Below, piece after piece: positions 21,233 through 30,531 of a stretch of 64,000 nt of DNA. Position 1 is the stretch's first letter, and every line of letters starts with the position of its first letter. This DNA comes from Ignavibacteriota bacterium (GTDB taxonomy: Bacteria; Bacteroidota; Ignavibacteria; UBA10030), in NCBI GenBank assembly GCA_963701295.1, contig OY969585.1, positions 736,001 through 800,000 of the forward strand. Direction: 5' to 3'. The notes beneath the pieces are model-generated. The model had not been told where the DNA came from. It searched no databases and saw nothing but the letters and a program-made list of their open reading frames with translations. Position numbers and translations under genes: made by a program.

Positions 21233-21263
21233 GCTGCGGGGTATTAAACCCGAAAAAGAATAA
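21233..21263 (+). repeat. Short REP/MITE-like element end (GCTGCGGGGTATTAAACCCGAAAAAGA)
   Basis: Similar copy at 51867..51890 (GCTGTGGGGTATTTAACCTAAAGA). Confidence 0.45.
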
Positions 21264-21283
21264 GCGTTATGGTTTTCGACAAA

Positions 21284-21532
21284 TCACAGCAACCTGTTTG
21301 CCAAAATCAAAAAACAAATCCCGAATCCTGCTTGGTGTATGATTGATGCAAGATTGTTTACATCCGGCAGGCGATCGTTGATAATAACTCTGCCAATGGA
21401 TGTGTAAATATGCTTCACCGTTGTAGTATCTTGCAAATGAATAAGTGCAACGATGCCGCATGGTTTCAGCATTCGGAATATTTCCTGCATTGCTTTTAAC
21501 GGATCATCGAAGTGAGGATAGACCGCGAGCAT
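21284..21532 (-). pseudogene. C-terminal fragment of a class I SAM methyltransferase (paralog of 23009..23623)
   Basis: AVYPHFDD...FRMLKPCG...IH...LASIIHQAGF aligns by eye with SVWPHLMN...HSILKPSG...WH...AALLEQSGF; the SAM-binding N-half is absent and there is an in-frame stop just upstream. Confidence 0.65.
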
Positions 21533-21537
21533 TATCC

Positions 21538-22260
21538 CTAATGAGGAATCTCACTGCGTGATCTCAAAGAGAAATTACCAAGCAGACATTGTTCTGCATT
21601 TCTGCAATCATGAAATTCGCGAAGCTCGTTTTCGTATAAGACCAGAAAGCGGCTACACGTCCGCGACGCGAATTCGACATCATGCGTGGCAATAAGGATT
21701 GAGGATATTGCCACATGTAACACTTCCGCAAGGGAAATTCTTCCGAGCGGATCAAGCCCTGATGTCGGTTCATCAAGCAGCAGCACCACAGGGTTCGTGA
21801 CCAGCGCTCCAGCCAGTGCGATTCGCTGGCGCTGGCCGTGGGACAGTTGAAACGGTGAACACTCTGCGATGTCCGACACGCCCAGCGCCGCAAGCACAGA
21901 AATGGCTTTTTCATGCGCTGCTTTCGGCGGCGTTCCTTTGCGAATCAGGCCATATGCAACGTCATCAAGCACACGCGGAAACAGAATTTGATCTTCGGGA
22001 ATATTGAATAGGAACCCTGTCCGGTCACGTGCTTTCTGAAGGTTCTTTTTCTCCACAGGAATCCCATCGATGAAAATAGATCCGGTGAAGGGCACGAGCC
22101 CTACTGCAGCGAGCAGTAACGTCGTTTTTCCCGATCCGTTAAGACCGAAAAGCGCCACTTTCTCGTCGGGATGAACATGAAAGGAAACATCACTGATAGT
22201 GTTCCTAGAGTTTCCGGGATACCGAATAGTGACGGATTTAAATTCAAGTACGGGGTTCAT
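21538..22260 (-). CDS. ECF transporter ATPase (CbiO/NikO/EcfA family)
   Basis: Walker A GLNGSGKTT, signature LSHGQRQR, Walker B LLLDEP, ATHD. Confidence 0.92.
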   Translation of the reverse strand: MNPVLEFKSVTIRYPGNSRNTISDVSFHVHPDEKVALFGLNGSGKTTLLLAAVGLVPFTGSIFIDGIPVEKKNLQKARDRTGFLFNIPEDQILFPRVLDDVAYGLIRKGTPPKAAHEKAISVLAALGVSDIAECSPFQLSHGQRQRIALAGALVTNPVVLLLDEPTSGLDPLGRISLAEVLHVAISSILIATHDVEFASRTCSRFLVLYENELREFHDCRNAEQCLLGNFSLRSRSEIPH

Positions 22261-23012
22261 GTTATAATCCTCAACCGCATGAGAGCAGACCCAATGAGAA
22301 CAACAGATGTGCAGATGATCGTCAGTACATCAGCAATTGTCAATTTGATACTTTCACCTACCGTTACAGCATCGATTCCGTACCCTCGAACCGTCATTGC
22401 CGCTGCAGTTCGTTCTGCGCGAAATAGCATTCTCACCATCCACACGATCGGAAAAGAAAACAGAACCTTAACACCTCGCACTCCTGATGCGCTCCGCAAT
22501 CTGAGCACACTAATAATGCGCAACGTTTCTTCCGTCAGCAGCATAGTTTGATTTATAAGCTGGACGATCAGCACAACAAATGTCCGGGGGATCGGAAGGC
22601 ATGCGAGCCCGCGATGCACGTCCTGAATGGCAAGAGTGGCAATCGTCGATGCAGCAATAAAAAGACAGCAGGTGCTGCGAAGTGCAATAGCCCCTGCTTG
22701 TGCAAAGCGGTCGGCCATCAGTGTCGTCGTAGACGAACCAGCTGTCATCCATGGAGTTAATAGAAAAAACGGAAAGAAGAGAATGAGCGACGCAATGGCG
22801 CATCGGACAAGCATTTTTACAGGCATTACCGCTAGAACGCACCAGCAGATTGTGACAATGGCCATGAGAAAGATACCGGTAATCAATTGCAACGGAATCA
22901 GTAAACAACTACTGCCAACCAGAATTCCCGAAAGAATTCGAATATGCGCGTGCAGAGATTTCAGGGGACCCTTTCCGCACCCCCAGAATGTAAAAACATC
23001 TTTCATGATCAA
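22257..23012 (-). CDS. ECF transporter T component (CbiQ/EcfT family)
   Basis: Multi-TM; LRLR and RAERTAAAMTVRGY coupling motifs. Confidence 0.88.
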   Translation of the reverse strand: MIMKDVFTFWGCGKGPLKSLHAHIRILSGILVGSSCLLIPLQLITGIFLMAIVTICWCVLAVMPVKMLVRCAIASLILFFPFFLLTPWMTAGSSTTTLMADRFAQAGAIALRSTCCLFIAASTIATLAIQDVHRGLACLPIPRTFVVLIVQLINQTMLLTEETLRIISVLRLRSASGVRGVKVLFSFPIVWMVRMLFRAERTAAAMTVRGYGIDAVTVGESIKLTIADVLTIICTSVVLIGSALMRLRIIT

Positions 23013-23623
23013 AACTTCCGAGCAGATACCAAATATCCCGAATCGTCGTCCAGCGTTTCTTCGATGATAAAGCCGGATTGTTCGAGCAACGCTGCGGTTT
23101 GAGACGCCGGCGTCAGCATATGATTGCTTATGGCTTCGGACGCTTCTGCGTGAGTCTTGTTTATCGCTTCGCGTGATTTAGTATGCCAGACATGGAGCTT
23201 ACCACTAGGTTTGAGTATACTGTGAAACAATCGCGCCACTATTCCATGATTCATCAGGTGCGGCCAAACCGAATAGCAGATCACTCTGTTAAATACACTC
23301 TCGAAAGTAGCCATATGCTCGACTGAATCACATATCCATCGAACACGTGGATCTTTTACTTTCGTTTGGGCAATCTCGATCATCCGGCTAGAGATATCGA
23401 CAGCAGTGATTCTACCTGCTTGCGATAATTGACAAAGAATTGCGGCGGTCAGATTCCCGGTGCCGCATCCGACATCGAGTACATGCTCATCAGGTTTCAA
23501 GCCAAACTTCTTGAGCTCATTATCGAATTGGACTTTAAGAGATTCAATATCTTCCCATGAGTCCCATTTCGGGGCGATAGAATTAAAATATTTAACGCTT
23601 GATGGTTGACAACAATCACACAT
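23009..23623 (-). CDS. Class I SAM-dependent methyltransferase
   Basis: YFNSIAPKWD, VLDVGCGTG, AVDISSRM, LKPSG. Start ATG 23623 (RBS GGAG); N-terminus MCDCC. Confidence 0.9.
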   Translation of the reverse strand: MCDCCQPSSVKYFNSIAPKWDSWEDIESLKVQFDNELKKFGLKPDEHVLDVGCGTGNLTAAILCQLSQAGRITAVDISSRMIEIAQTKVKDPRVRWICDSVEHMATFESVFNRVICYSVWPHLMNHGIVARLFHSILKPSGKLHVWHTKSREAINKTHAEASEAISNHMLTPASQTAALLEQSGFIIEETLDDDSGYLVSARKF

Positions 23624-23625
23624 CT

Positions 23626-24150
23626 TTATACTCCTGTTTGCATATTTGAATGACCCACCATACGAGAAATTCGAATGATTGCCGGAATCGCTACAATCAT
23701 TAAAATGATCCCAGGCCATCCGCTGAAAAGTGATACTCCAACAATAAACATAGCGGGCAATTTCATGAATAAAGCCATCAGATAAATCAATCCGATTCCG
23801 ATGCAACGCCCTAAAAAAAGAACCGGGATGAGAATGATCAGTTCATTAATTTTCGGCAGTACCATCCGCACCGAAGCGATAATCCCGCACATTGTCCCGA
23901 GTTCAATGCTCATAATAAATGCTATCGGAGGGTAAAACGGCGGCATGCCTGTGATTGCACTGGAAAGCAGCGGTAACAGAAGTGCTGTTAGCGTGGCAGG
24001 TAACGGCCCAACGAAAAAGGAAAGGGTCACCAAGGGCAAATACATCGGCATGAACACCGATCCAATATGGAAAACATGAAATATCACCGGCAGCAGCATT
24101 GCAGCCGCACCGAAGACCGCACAATATGCGATATCACGTGGTTTAAGCAT
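23626..24150 (-). CDS. ECF transporter substrate-binding S component
   Basis: 174 aa, about 6 TM; GSVFMPMYLPLV, PLLSSAITGMPP, MSIEL, PGIILM pattern; in operon with T and A components. Confidence 0.85.
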   Translation of the reverse strand: MLKPRDIAYCAVFGAAAMLLPVIFHVFHIGSVFMPMYLPLVTLSFFVGPLPATLTALLLPLLSSAITGMPPFYPPIAFIMSIELGTMCGIIASVRMVLPKINELIILIPVLFLGRCIGIGLIYLMALFMKLPAMFIVGVSLFSGWPGIILMIVAIPAIIRISRMVGHSNMQTGV

Positions 24151-24351
24151 GGATTATACCTTAAATGCTAGTCTATCAAGAATGTTGAGACCAGGCATCG
24201 AGTTATATTCAATATAAGCAGATTCCTCACAATACAATATTACTCGATCTCAACGCATTTTACGTTTCGCTTTTTAAAGCATGCCGATCCATTGGTAAAG
24301 AAGACATCATTCATTGGATCGCACTGACGTTATTCGTAAGAAATCCTCTCA

Positions 24352-26199
24352 CTAGAGAGATGCCCGCACACCAGCATTCACAGTTCTTCCCGGCATTGGA
24401 TAACCATAAATAGTTTGGTACGACTCATTTAACACATTACGGCTTCCGATGGAAAGAGAAATCTTTGCTGTTACTTGTGCTGTAACTCGAATTTCCATGT
24501 TTGTATAATCGGGCAGTTGTTTCAAAGTGTAGTAGTCTGTTGCGTCGGTTCCGTAAATCGTATTAACATATTGTGCCGAAAGCAAGAAAGTCAAAAAATG
24601 CCAGCGATATTCTCCGCCGAGATATGCTTTGTGCTTTGGCACTGCCTGTACAACATCCGGTTTGTCGGTGAAGGAATAATTTGCATTGACTGTGAAGTTA
24701 TCAAAAGGAAATAAGTGAGCTGAGCATTCCACTCCGTCACGATGAAAACCGCCAGTGTTCCATGATGCTTTCATCGGGTACCAATTATCGACAATGGTGT
24801 TTTGCGCATTGATAACATATCCGGCAACATCGATTGATGCACAATGGCCGAATACGTGAGAGACCCCGATTTCATAATTCCATAGATCTTCCGGTTGTAA
24901 CGTTCCATTCCTTGGTGTCAATTGATAGATTTCAAAAATCTGAGGCGCACGGTATCCTCGTCCAACCGATGCTCGTACATTCGTTTCCTCTGTAAGTTTA
25001 TAAGTGATACCTGCCTGTGGTACGGCAATATCTCCGAAATAAGTATTGTGCGCGTACCGAATACCGGCATTTGCCAGCAGCTTGTCAAAGAATATCTGCT
25101 GCAGGCTGATATAACCGGCATAATCTTCAATGGAATGGGTTCCATAATCATTATATGCATCAGATCCGTTTCCACCGTTTTGTTGTGCATCAATGCCAGC
25201 ACTGATAGTATTGCCGGTAAACAAATTCAATGATTGATAAATCGTTGCGATAATCTGATGGTCATCGGAAATCCAACCTGCGTTATAATACGGATCAAGT
25301 TCATTGTGACCTAAATTATACACGATGTTGATGCCACCCTTTGATATTCCAAAATTATTTTCAATCGATGCACCAATATATCCGCGTTGAATGTGCATCC
25401 AATCATTCGTTTCAGGTTGTGTGATTTGTCCCGGATCAAATGTATTAAATTGAGTGCAGCTTCCATCTAAAGAGAACCGATATTGTTCATTCAATTGATA
25501 TGACGTTTTAAGATAACCGCTGTTGGCGGTATATTCCGACCAAGGTCGCGAACCGTCTGTATGCTCGTGCGTAAATGAACCCAAGATATTCCAACTGTTT
25601 TCTTGATAGCCAAGATGAATACCGTACTGTTGTGCATCAAAACTTCCATAAGAAATTGACGCATCACCTAACATTCCATCTTGCTGTGTTCTATGTGTAA
25701 TAATGTTAATAACACCGCTCATTGCATTGGAACCATAGAGCATCGATGCCGGGCCGCGGATGACTTCCACTCTCTCGATATTTGTAGCGAGGTAGCCGTC
25801 GTTTATTGGATGACCATACCATCCCATATATTGCGGACGACCATCGATTAACGTGAGCACTTCATTGTTCGGACTACCTCCAATGCCTCGTATATTGATT
25901 TGACCTGCTGCCGAATTGACACCGAACCCCAGCACATCTCGCTCCGTTACAAATACGCCGGGTATATTCTGGCTAATGAGGGAAAAAATGGATTTATCCG
26001 GGTTCTCTTTTATTTCCTCTGATGAGACAACGCTGATAGACGGCGAAACCAAATTGCGGGGAGTTTCTGTTTTTGTTGCCGTTACGGTTACCGGATTGAG
26101 GTTATAGGTTCGAGTCGAATCCGGAGAAGTATTCCTTTGTGAATACATACACGTAATGGAAACAACAGTTAAAAGAAATAGTTGCTGTATGTTTTTCAT
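24352..26199 (-). CDS. TonB-dependent receptor (BtuB-like size)
   Basis: TonB box VTVTATK, plug motifs INIRG, LIDGRP, IERVEVIRGPASMLYGSNAMSGVINIIT; C-terminal YPMPGRT. Confidence 0.95.
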   Translation of the reverse strand: MKNIQQLFLLTVVSITCMYSQRNTSPDSTRTYNLNPVTVTATKTETPRNLVSPSISVVSSEEIKENPDKSIFSLISQNIPGVFVTERDVLGFGVNSAAGQINIRGIGGSPNNEVLTLIDGRPQYMGWYGHPINDGYLATNIERVEVIRGPASMLYGSNAMSGVINIITHRTQQDGMLGDASISYGSFDAQQYGIHLGYQENSWNILGSFTHEHTDGSRPWSEYTANSGYLKTSYQLNEQYRFSLDGSCTQFNTFDPGQITQPETNDWMHIQRGYIGASIENNFGISKGGINIVYNLGHNELDPYYNAGWISDDHQIIATIYQSLNLFTGNTISAGIDAQQNGGNGSDAYNDYGTHSIEDYAGYISLQQIFFDKLLANAGIRYAHNTYFGDIAVPQAGITYKLTEETNVRASVGRGYRAPQIFEIYQLTPRNGTLQPEDLWNYEIGVSHVFGHCASIDVAGYVINAQNTIVDNWYPMKASWNTGGFHRDGVECSAHLFPFDNFTVNANYSFTDKPDVVQAVPKHKAYLGGEYRWHFLTFLLSAQYVNTIYGTDATDYYTLKQLPDYTNMEIRVTAQVTAKISLSIGSRNVLNESYQTIYGYPMPGRTVNAGVRASL

Positions 26200-26386
26200 G
26201 ATATTGTTTTTCTTTCTTCTATAAAGTGGAGTGAGATGTGATTAACTATCGTCATTCGTATAACTTATTAATAGTACGAATTCCAGATAATCGTCATCAC
26301 CCCACAGATAGAAGTCGATGGCATTGATAATTTTGATTCGTCATCACACAGATGTTCCTTCTACGATAAACAGGTTACTGTGTATC

Positions 26387-26424
26387 GTGCTACGAATATT
26401 ACTATTGTGTTACCATAAAAGCAA
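26387..26424 (-). promoter_or_regulatory. Sigma70-type promoter overlapped by a candidate NikR operator
   Basis: Minus strand TTGCTT-N17-TAATAT; plus strand GTGCTAC-N13-GTGTTAC (26387..26413) straddles the -10 element; nikR is adjacent. Confidence 0.75.
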
Positions 26425-26477
26425 GGAGATTCTGCTGCAATAAAAGAAATATATCAAATTACAGTACCACCTATGGA

Positions 26478-26951
26478 TTATTTCTCACGATGGTACTTAT
26501 GAGGTTTTGCTGATCCCGGGGAATGTTGATGATGTGCATGCTGCTGTAGCGCAGTTGTCAAGGTTAACCGGCCATGCTTAACACCTTTGAGGCTGAGAAG
26601 CTTTTCTGCAATGTTTTTCAAGACCTTTGCGTTGCCTTTGAGCAACACTACTTCAAGACAATGGTCGTGGTCAACATGAACATGAGAGGTAGAGATAATG
26701 TTCTGGAAATAATCGTGCTGAAGATTAGACAGTGATTTTTCCAACTCCCGTTTATGGTGGTCATAAATAAATACCAACGCACCGAAGACATTACCATGTT
26801 CCATCTCAATACTCTCTTCCACAAGCTTATCCCGCACAATATCCCGGACAGCTTCCGAACGGTTGGTGTACCCCTTGTGAGCGATGAGATGATCGAATTG
26901 ACGAAGGAGAGCATCCTCCATCGAAATACCGAATCGTATGAGTTTATTCAT
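26478..26951 (-). CDS. nikR: Nickel-responsive regulator NikR with His-rich tail
   Basis: Ribbon-helix-helix start IRFGISM, GYTNRSEAVRD, IYDHH, HVHVDHDHCLEV. Confidence 0.97.
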   Translation of the reverse strand: MNKLIRFGISMEDALLRQFDHLIAHKGYTNRSEAVRDIVRDKLVEESIEMEHGNVFGALVFIYDHHKRELEKSLSNLQHDYFQNIISTSHVHVDHDHCLEVVLLKGNAKVLKNIAEKLLSLKGVKHGRLTLTTALQQHAHHQHSPGSAKPHKYHREK

Positions 26952-27194
26952 AGTTTCCTTATGCTTGTATTAATAAAATGTAGCGCACTATTGAATAAAA
27001 GACAATGAGCATATTCTATTGAACGGCAGTTGTAATTTAATCCAACAGTAACATTTAATACACTTTTCCTCAACCTCCGTATGTATTGCCTACAGTTCAA
27101 ACGGTTCTTCATTGCAATCGTTGAGATATATAACTAAATTTTTCTTTATGGAAAATCATATTCACAGTTAAAATTCCAAGGTTGTCTTTTCATA

Positions 27195-29510
27195 GTGATT
27201 AAGCGAAAATATTTTCGTCGGATAAAGAATTTTGTGTTTCTATTTGCTACTTCGATATCATTGTCGCATTCACAAACCGTATCACTCACTGGATATGTTG
27301 TTGATGCCGCGACACATCAGCCGATCTCTCAGGCGATTGTCGTTCTTCTCGAAATAAGACAACAAACAAGTACTGATGAGAATGGACACTTTCATTTCGA
27401 TCAGATCGGGGCAGGCCAGTATACGCTCGCTATACGTCACATAGCTTTCGCAGCCATCGAATATCGAATATCCCTCTCTTCTGCCGACCATGATACACTG
27501 GTTATCGAATTGCAGTCGGCTCTTATTCCTTCGCAGGAGGTTATCGTTCGCAGCACACGCACAGCGGATTATCTCAAAAACACTCCCTATTCTCTGACTA
27601 TCGTCACAAACGACCGTTTGGTTGAAAATTCCAATATCACTGTTTCCGATGCATTGAGCCGCGAGCCAGGCATCGCACTCGTGCGTGATGGAATGTGGGA
27701 AACTCTTATTTCTATCCACGGCATGACACGGTATAATGTCGTCTTGATGATCGATAATACGCGTATAGAAACAGCAAACGATCATGCGGCAGCACTCTCG
27801 TTGTTGAATCCGTTTGATATTGATCGCATTGAAGTTGTGAAAGGAGCAAGCTCTGCTCTTGCTGGCACTGGCGCATTCGGAGGCATTGTCAGCATTATTA
27901 CAAAAAGCCCTTCGTTCAGCGATGAGCCCTATATGAATGGTGAATCGATGGTACGATACGAATCCGTGAATAATTCCCACGCGGAGTACCTTGCTCTGGA
28001 GGGTGGTTCGGATGTGTATCGGTTCCGCACGAGCGGCATGTTTCGCAAAGCGGACAATTATTCCTCACCCACGGGCACTGTTCCCAATTCGTATTTTGGC
28101 GACTGGGATTTTTCGGCAGATGCCGGTGTGAAATTATTCGGCAAACATTCTTTTGATTTTGTCTATCAGCGTTCGCAAACGGACGATGCAGGAATTCCGG
28201 GCGGTTCATCATTATTTCCACCGACAGCCATTGTAAAATATTCGCTTGCACGGCGGGAATTGTTCAAAGCAGAGTATACTATTCCTTCCGTCAGTGAATC
28301 GTTCTCGTCATTCGTGATACGGGCTTCGCAGCAAAACATAGAACGCGATGTCGACTTGATTGCGAGCCCACAACTTACGAAGACGCCGCATGCAGTTCAT
28401 AGCACTGGAACCGTGCAAACGGAAGCGACAATTATACCGTTCGAGGGACACTCTCTCACTGCCGGTGCCGAAGTGTGGCAAAGTTCAATAACCAGCGGTA
28501 GAGAAACTTACAAGCTCGGAAATGATACTATTCTCGAAGAGGTGCCGCTTCCAAATTCTACGTTTACAAGCACCGGAGTATATGTTCAAGATGAGTGGAG
28601 GGTCGTTCCTCAATATACGACACTGGTTATTGGAGCCAGGTATGACGGTATTCAAGTGCACAATGATGTAACGTACGACACTCTGTGGCTGAAATACGGA
28701 GGTCAAATCGTCACACCGTCCAATCGTACGGTATTGTGGCGAGAAAATACTTCAAACACACGAAGCTGGAGTGTCAATGCAGGTATTCAACAAAACATTT
28801 CAGAATTTTTGGATATCTCGTTTTTATCCTCGACTGCATTCCGGACACCATCATTAGAAGAGTTGTACGCGTATTTAACGAATACGTCACCTCCTCATGT
28901 CGGTAATCCGAATTTACAGCCTGAGAAAAGCATATCACTTGACTGCGGTGTTCATTTTCATATCCAAAATGTTTCATTGAGTACTGATATGTATTACAAT
29001 ACATATCAGAATCTCGTGGGAGATACACTCGGTTCGTTTGATGGCTCGCCGGCGTATGTAAAAGCTAATATTGGTAAGGCGCGTATTTACGGATACGAGC
29101 TATTCTTGGAAATAACCCCGATCGATGCGTTTAAAATCCAATCTTCGCTTTCATACACGCGCGGTGAAGATACAAAGAACAATGCAAATCTTGGACAAAT
29201 CGTACCAATGAAGGGAAGTCTTGCAGCGAATTATCTTGTCAAAGAAGTCGGAACCCTGCGTATTGATTGTGAAATTGTCGATGACAAAACAAACCGCGCA
29301 AAAAGTGAAACATCAACAAGCGGTTATGCGCTCTTCAATGCCGGTTTTACGACCACATCGATTGAAGGATTTGGTGCACTCTTTAAATTGTCTGCTGGTA
29401 TACAGAACATATTTGACCGAGCATACGTGAATTTTCTTTCGACACTACGCGGTAATCTAAACAATGAACCGGGGAGAAATTATTTCTTCACTGCAACAAT
29501 CGCTTTCTGA
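27195..29510 (+). CDS. TonB-dependent receptor with N-terminal carboxypeptidase-regulatory-like domain
   Basis: GYVVDAATHQPI...TDENGHF, IDRIEVVKGASSALAGTGAFGGIVSIIT, NPNLQPE, C-terminal EPGRNYFFTATIAF. Confidence 0.95.
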   Translation: MIKRKYFRRIKNFVFLFATSISLSHSQTVSLTGYVVDAATHQPISQAIVVLLEIRQQTSTDENGHFHFDQIGAGQYTLAIRHIAFAAIEYRISLSSADHDTLVIELQSALIPSQEVIVRSTRTADYLKNTPYSLTIVTNDRLVENSNITVSDALSREPGIALVRDGMWETLISIHGMTRYNVVLMIDNTRIETANDHAAALSLLNPFDIDRIEVVKGASSALAGTGAFGGIVSIITKSPSFSDEPYMNGESMVRYESVNNSHAEYLALEGGSDVYRFRTSGMFRKADNYSSPTGTVPNSYFGDWDFSADAGVKLFGKHSFDFVYQRSQTDDAGIPGGSSLFPPTAIVKYSLARRELFKAEYTIPSVSESFSSFVIRASQQNIERDVDLIASPQLTKTPHAVHSTGTVQTEATIIPFEGHSLTAGAEVWQSSITSGRETYKLGNDTILEEVPLPNSTFTSTGVYVQDEWRVVPQYTTLVIGARYDGIQVHNDVTYDTLWLKYGGQIVTPSNRTVLWRENTSNTRSWSVNAGIQQNISEFLDISFLSSTAFRTPSLEELYAYLTNTSPPHVGNPNLQPEKSISLDCGVHFHIQNVSLSTDMYYNTYQNLVGDTLGSFDGSPAYVKANIGKARIYGYELFLEITPIDAFKIQSSLSYTRGEDTKNNANLGQIVPMKGSLAANYLVKEVGTLRIDCEIVDDKTNRAKSETSTSGYALFNAGFTTTSIEGFGALFKLSAGIQNIFDRAYVNFLSTLRGNLNNEPGRNYFFTATIAF

Positions 29511-29531
29511 ATTTTCTAGGAATTTGATCGT

Positions 29532-30413
29532 ATGAGTTGGTTTCTCCTGGCATCCTGCTCTGCACTCCTTTCAGCATTAGCTGCGATCGTACAAAAGAAA
29601 ATCTTGTTTCGATTGACCGCCCTTGAATTTTCACTCTTGGTTTCATTTGTTATCTTAATCCTTTCGTTATTCGTCCCTTTCTCGGTCGATGTCACGTCCA
29701 TTTCTTCTACGACATTGATCATCCTGATCGGAAAAAGTATATTGGGCGGATTGGCATTTCTCTTGGTGATGATGTCACTGGAGCACAATCAAATCAGCAG
29801 TGCGCTTCCACTTCTCGGCACGACACCTGCAGTGACCGCACTTCTCGCACTTCCTATTTTGGGCGAGTCACTACAGCACTGGGAGTGGCTCGGTATCGGA
29901 TTGATGGTTGCAGGAACGTACATGTTAGAAAAACGGCCTGCGCAAAGGATCTTTCAACCATTCAAAGATGTTTTTTTCTCAACCAATCATTATTATATTT
30001 TTAGTGCAGTCGGACTATTTGCCGTCTCATCTATCGCCGATAAATTGCTTCTCAGCGGTTATAAAACCGATCCACTGATAATTCTTTTCTATCAGCATCT
30101 GATATACTGCTTAATATTTGGTTCGTTAGTTTTCATACGCAGAATGTCTTTCCGAGACTTAATGCACAAAGGGCAGAATCAACTTCCACTCATTCTTGTT
30201 ATTGCTCTGGTGACCATTGCCTATCGCTTCACTCAACTTGGTGCGACTCGACTAGCACCAGTAGCCTTAGTCTTGGCAGTAAAACGTACTTCGATACTCT
30301 ATGCATCATTCTTTGGCGGAAAACTATTTTCCGATGACCGGCTTCCGCAAAAACTTATCGGCGGGGCGCTTATTGTTGCATCCGGATTTATTATTCTGAG
30401 AAACGTTGCATAG
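29532..30413 (+). CDS. EamA/DMT family transporter
   Basis: 293 aa, about 10 TM, two-repeat pattern (PILGESL...WLGIGLM; AVKRTSIL). Confidence 0.9.
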   Translation: MSWFLLASCSALLSALAAIVQKKILFRLTALEFSLLVSFVILILSLFVPFSVDVTSISSTTLIILIGKSILGGLAFLLVMMSLEHNQISSALPLLGTTPAVTALLALPILGESLQHWEWLGIGLMVAGTYMLEKRPAQRIFQPFKDVFFSTNHYYIFSAVGLFAVSSIADKLLLSGYKTDPLIILFYQHLIYCLIFGSLVFIRRMSFRDLMHKGQNQLPLILVIALVTIAYRFTQLGATRLAPVALVLAVKRTSILYASFFGGKLFSDDRLPQKLIGGALIVASGFIILRNVA

Positions 30414-30531
30414 AAATTCATAAGAATGATTCCCCCATTGGCTATACGCTTATTATGAACTATATTATTTCCACACATGAGCGTTGTGTAATTTAGATAG
30501 ATATCAAAGACAACGAAAGAACAAGTGATTT

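Noticed and set aside
21533-21560. In-frame TGA upstream of the methyltransferase fragment as selenocysteine or readthrough
   Set aside because: No SECIS-like hairpin, and the upstream frame overlaps the ATPase end without methyltransferase similarity.
24287-24325. Inverted repeat CGATCCATTG...CATTGGATCG between the receptor and the S component
   Set aside because: Long loop, one mismatch and no adjacent U-tract; function cannot be supported.
27282-27980. Long antisense ORFs (232 aa here; also 16124..16774, 17637..18269, 52414..52947)
   Set aside because: They lie opposite well-supported genes and lack motifs or RBS; treated as shadow ORFs.
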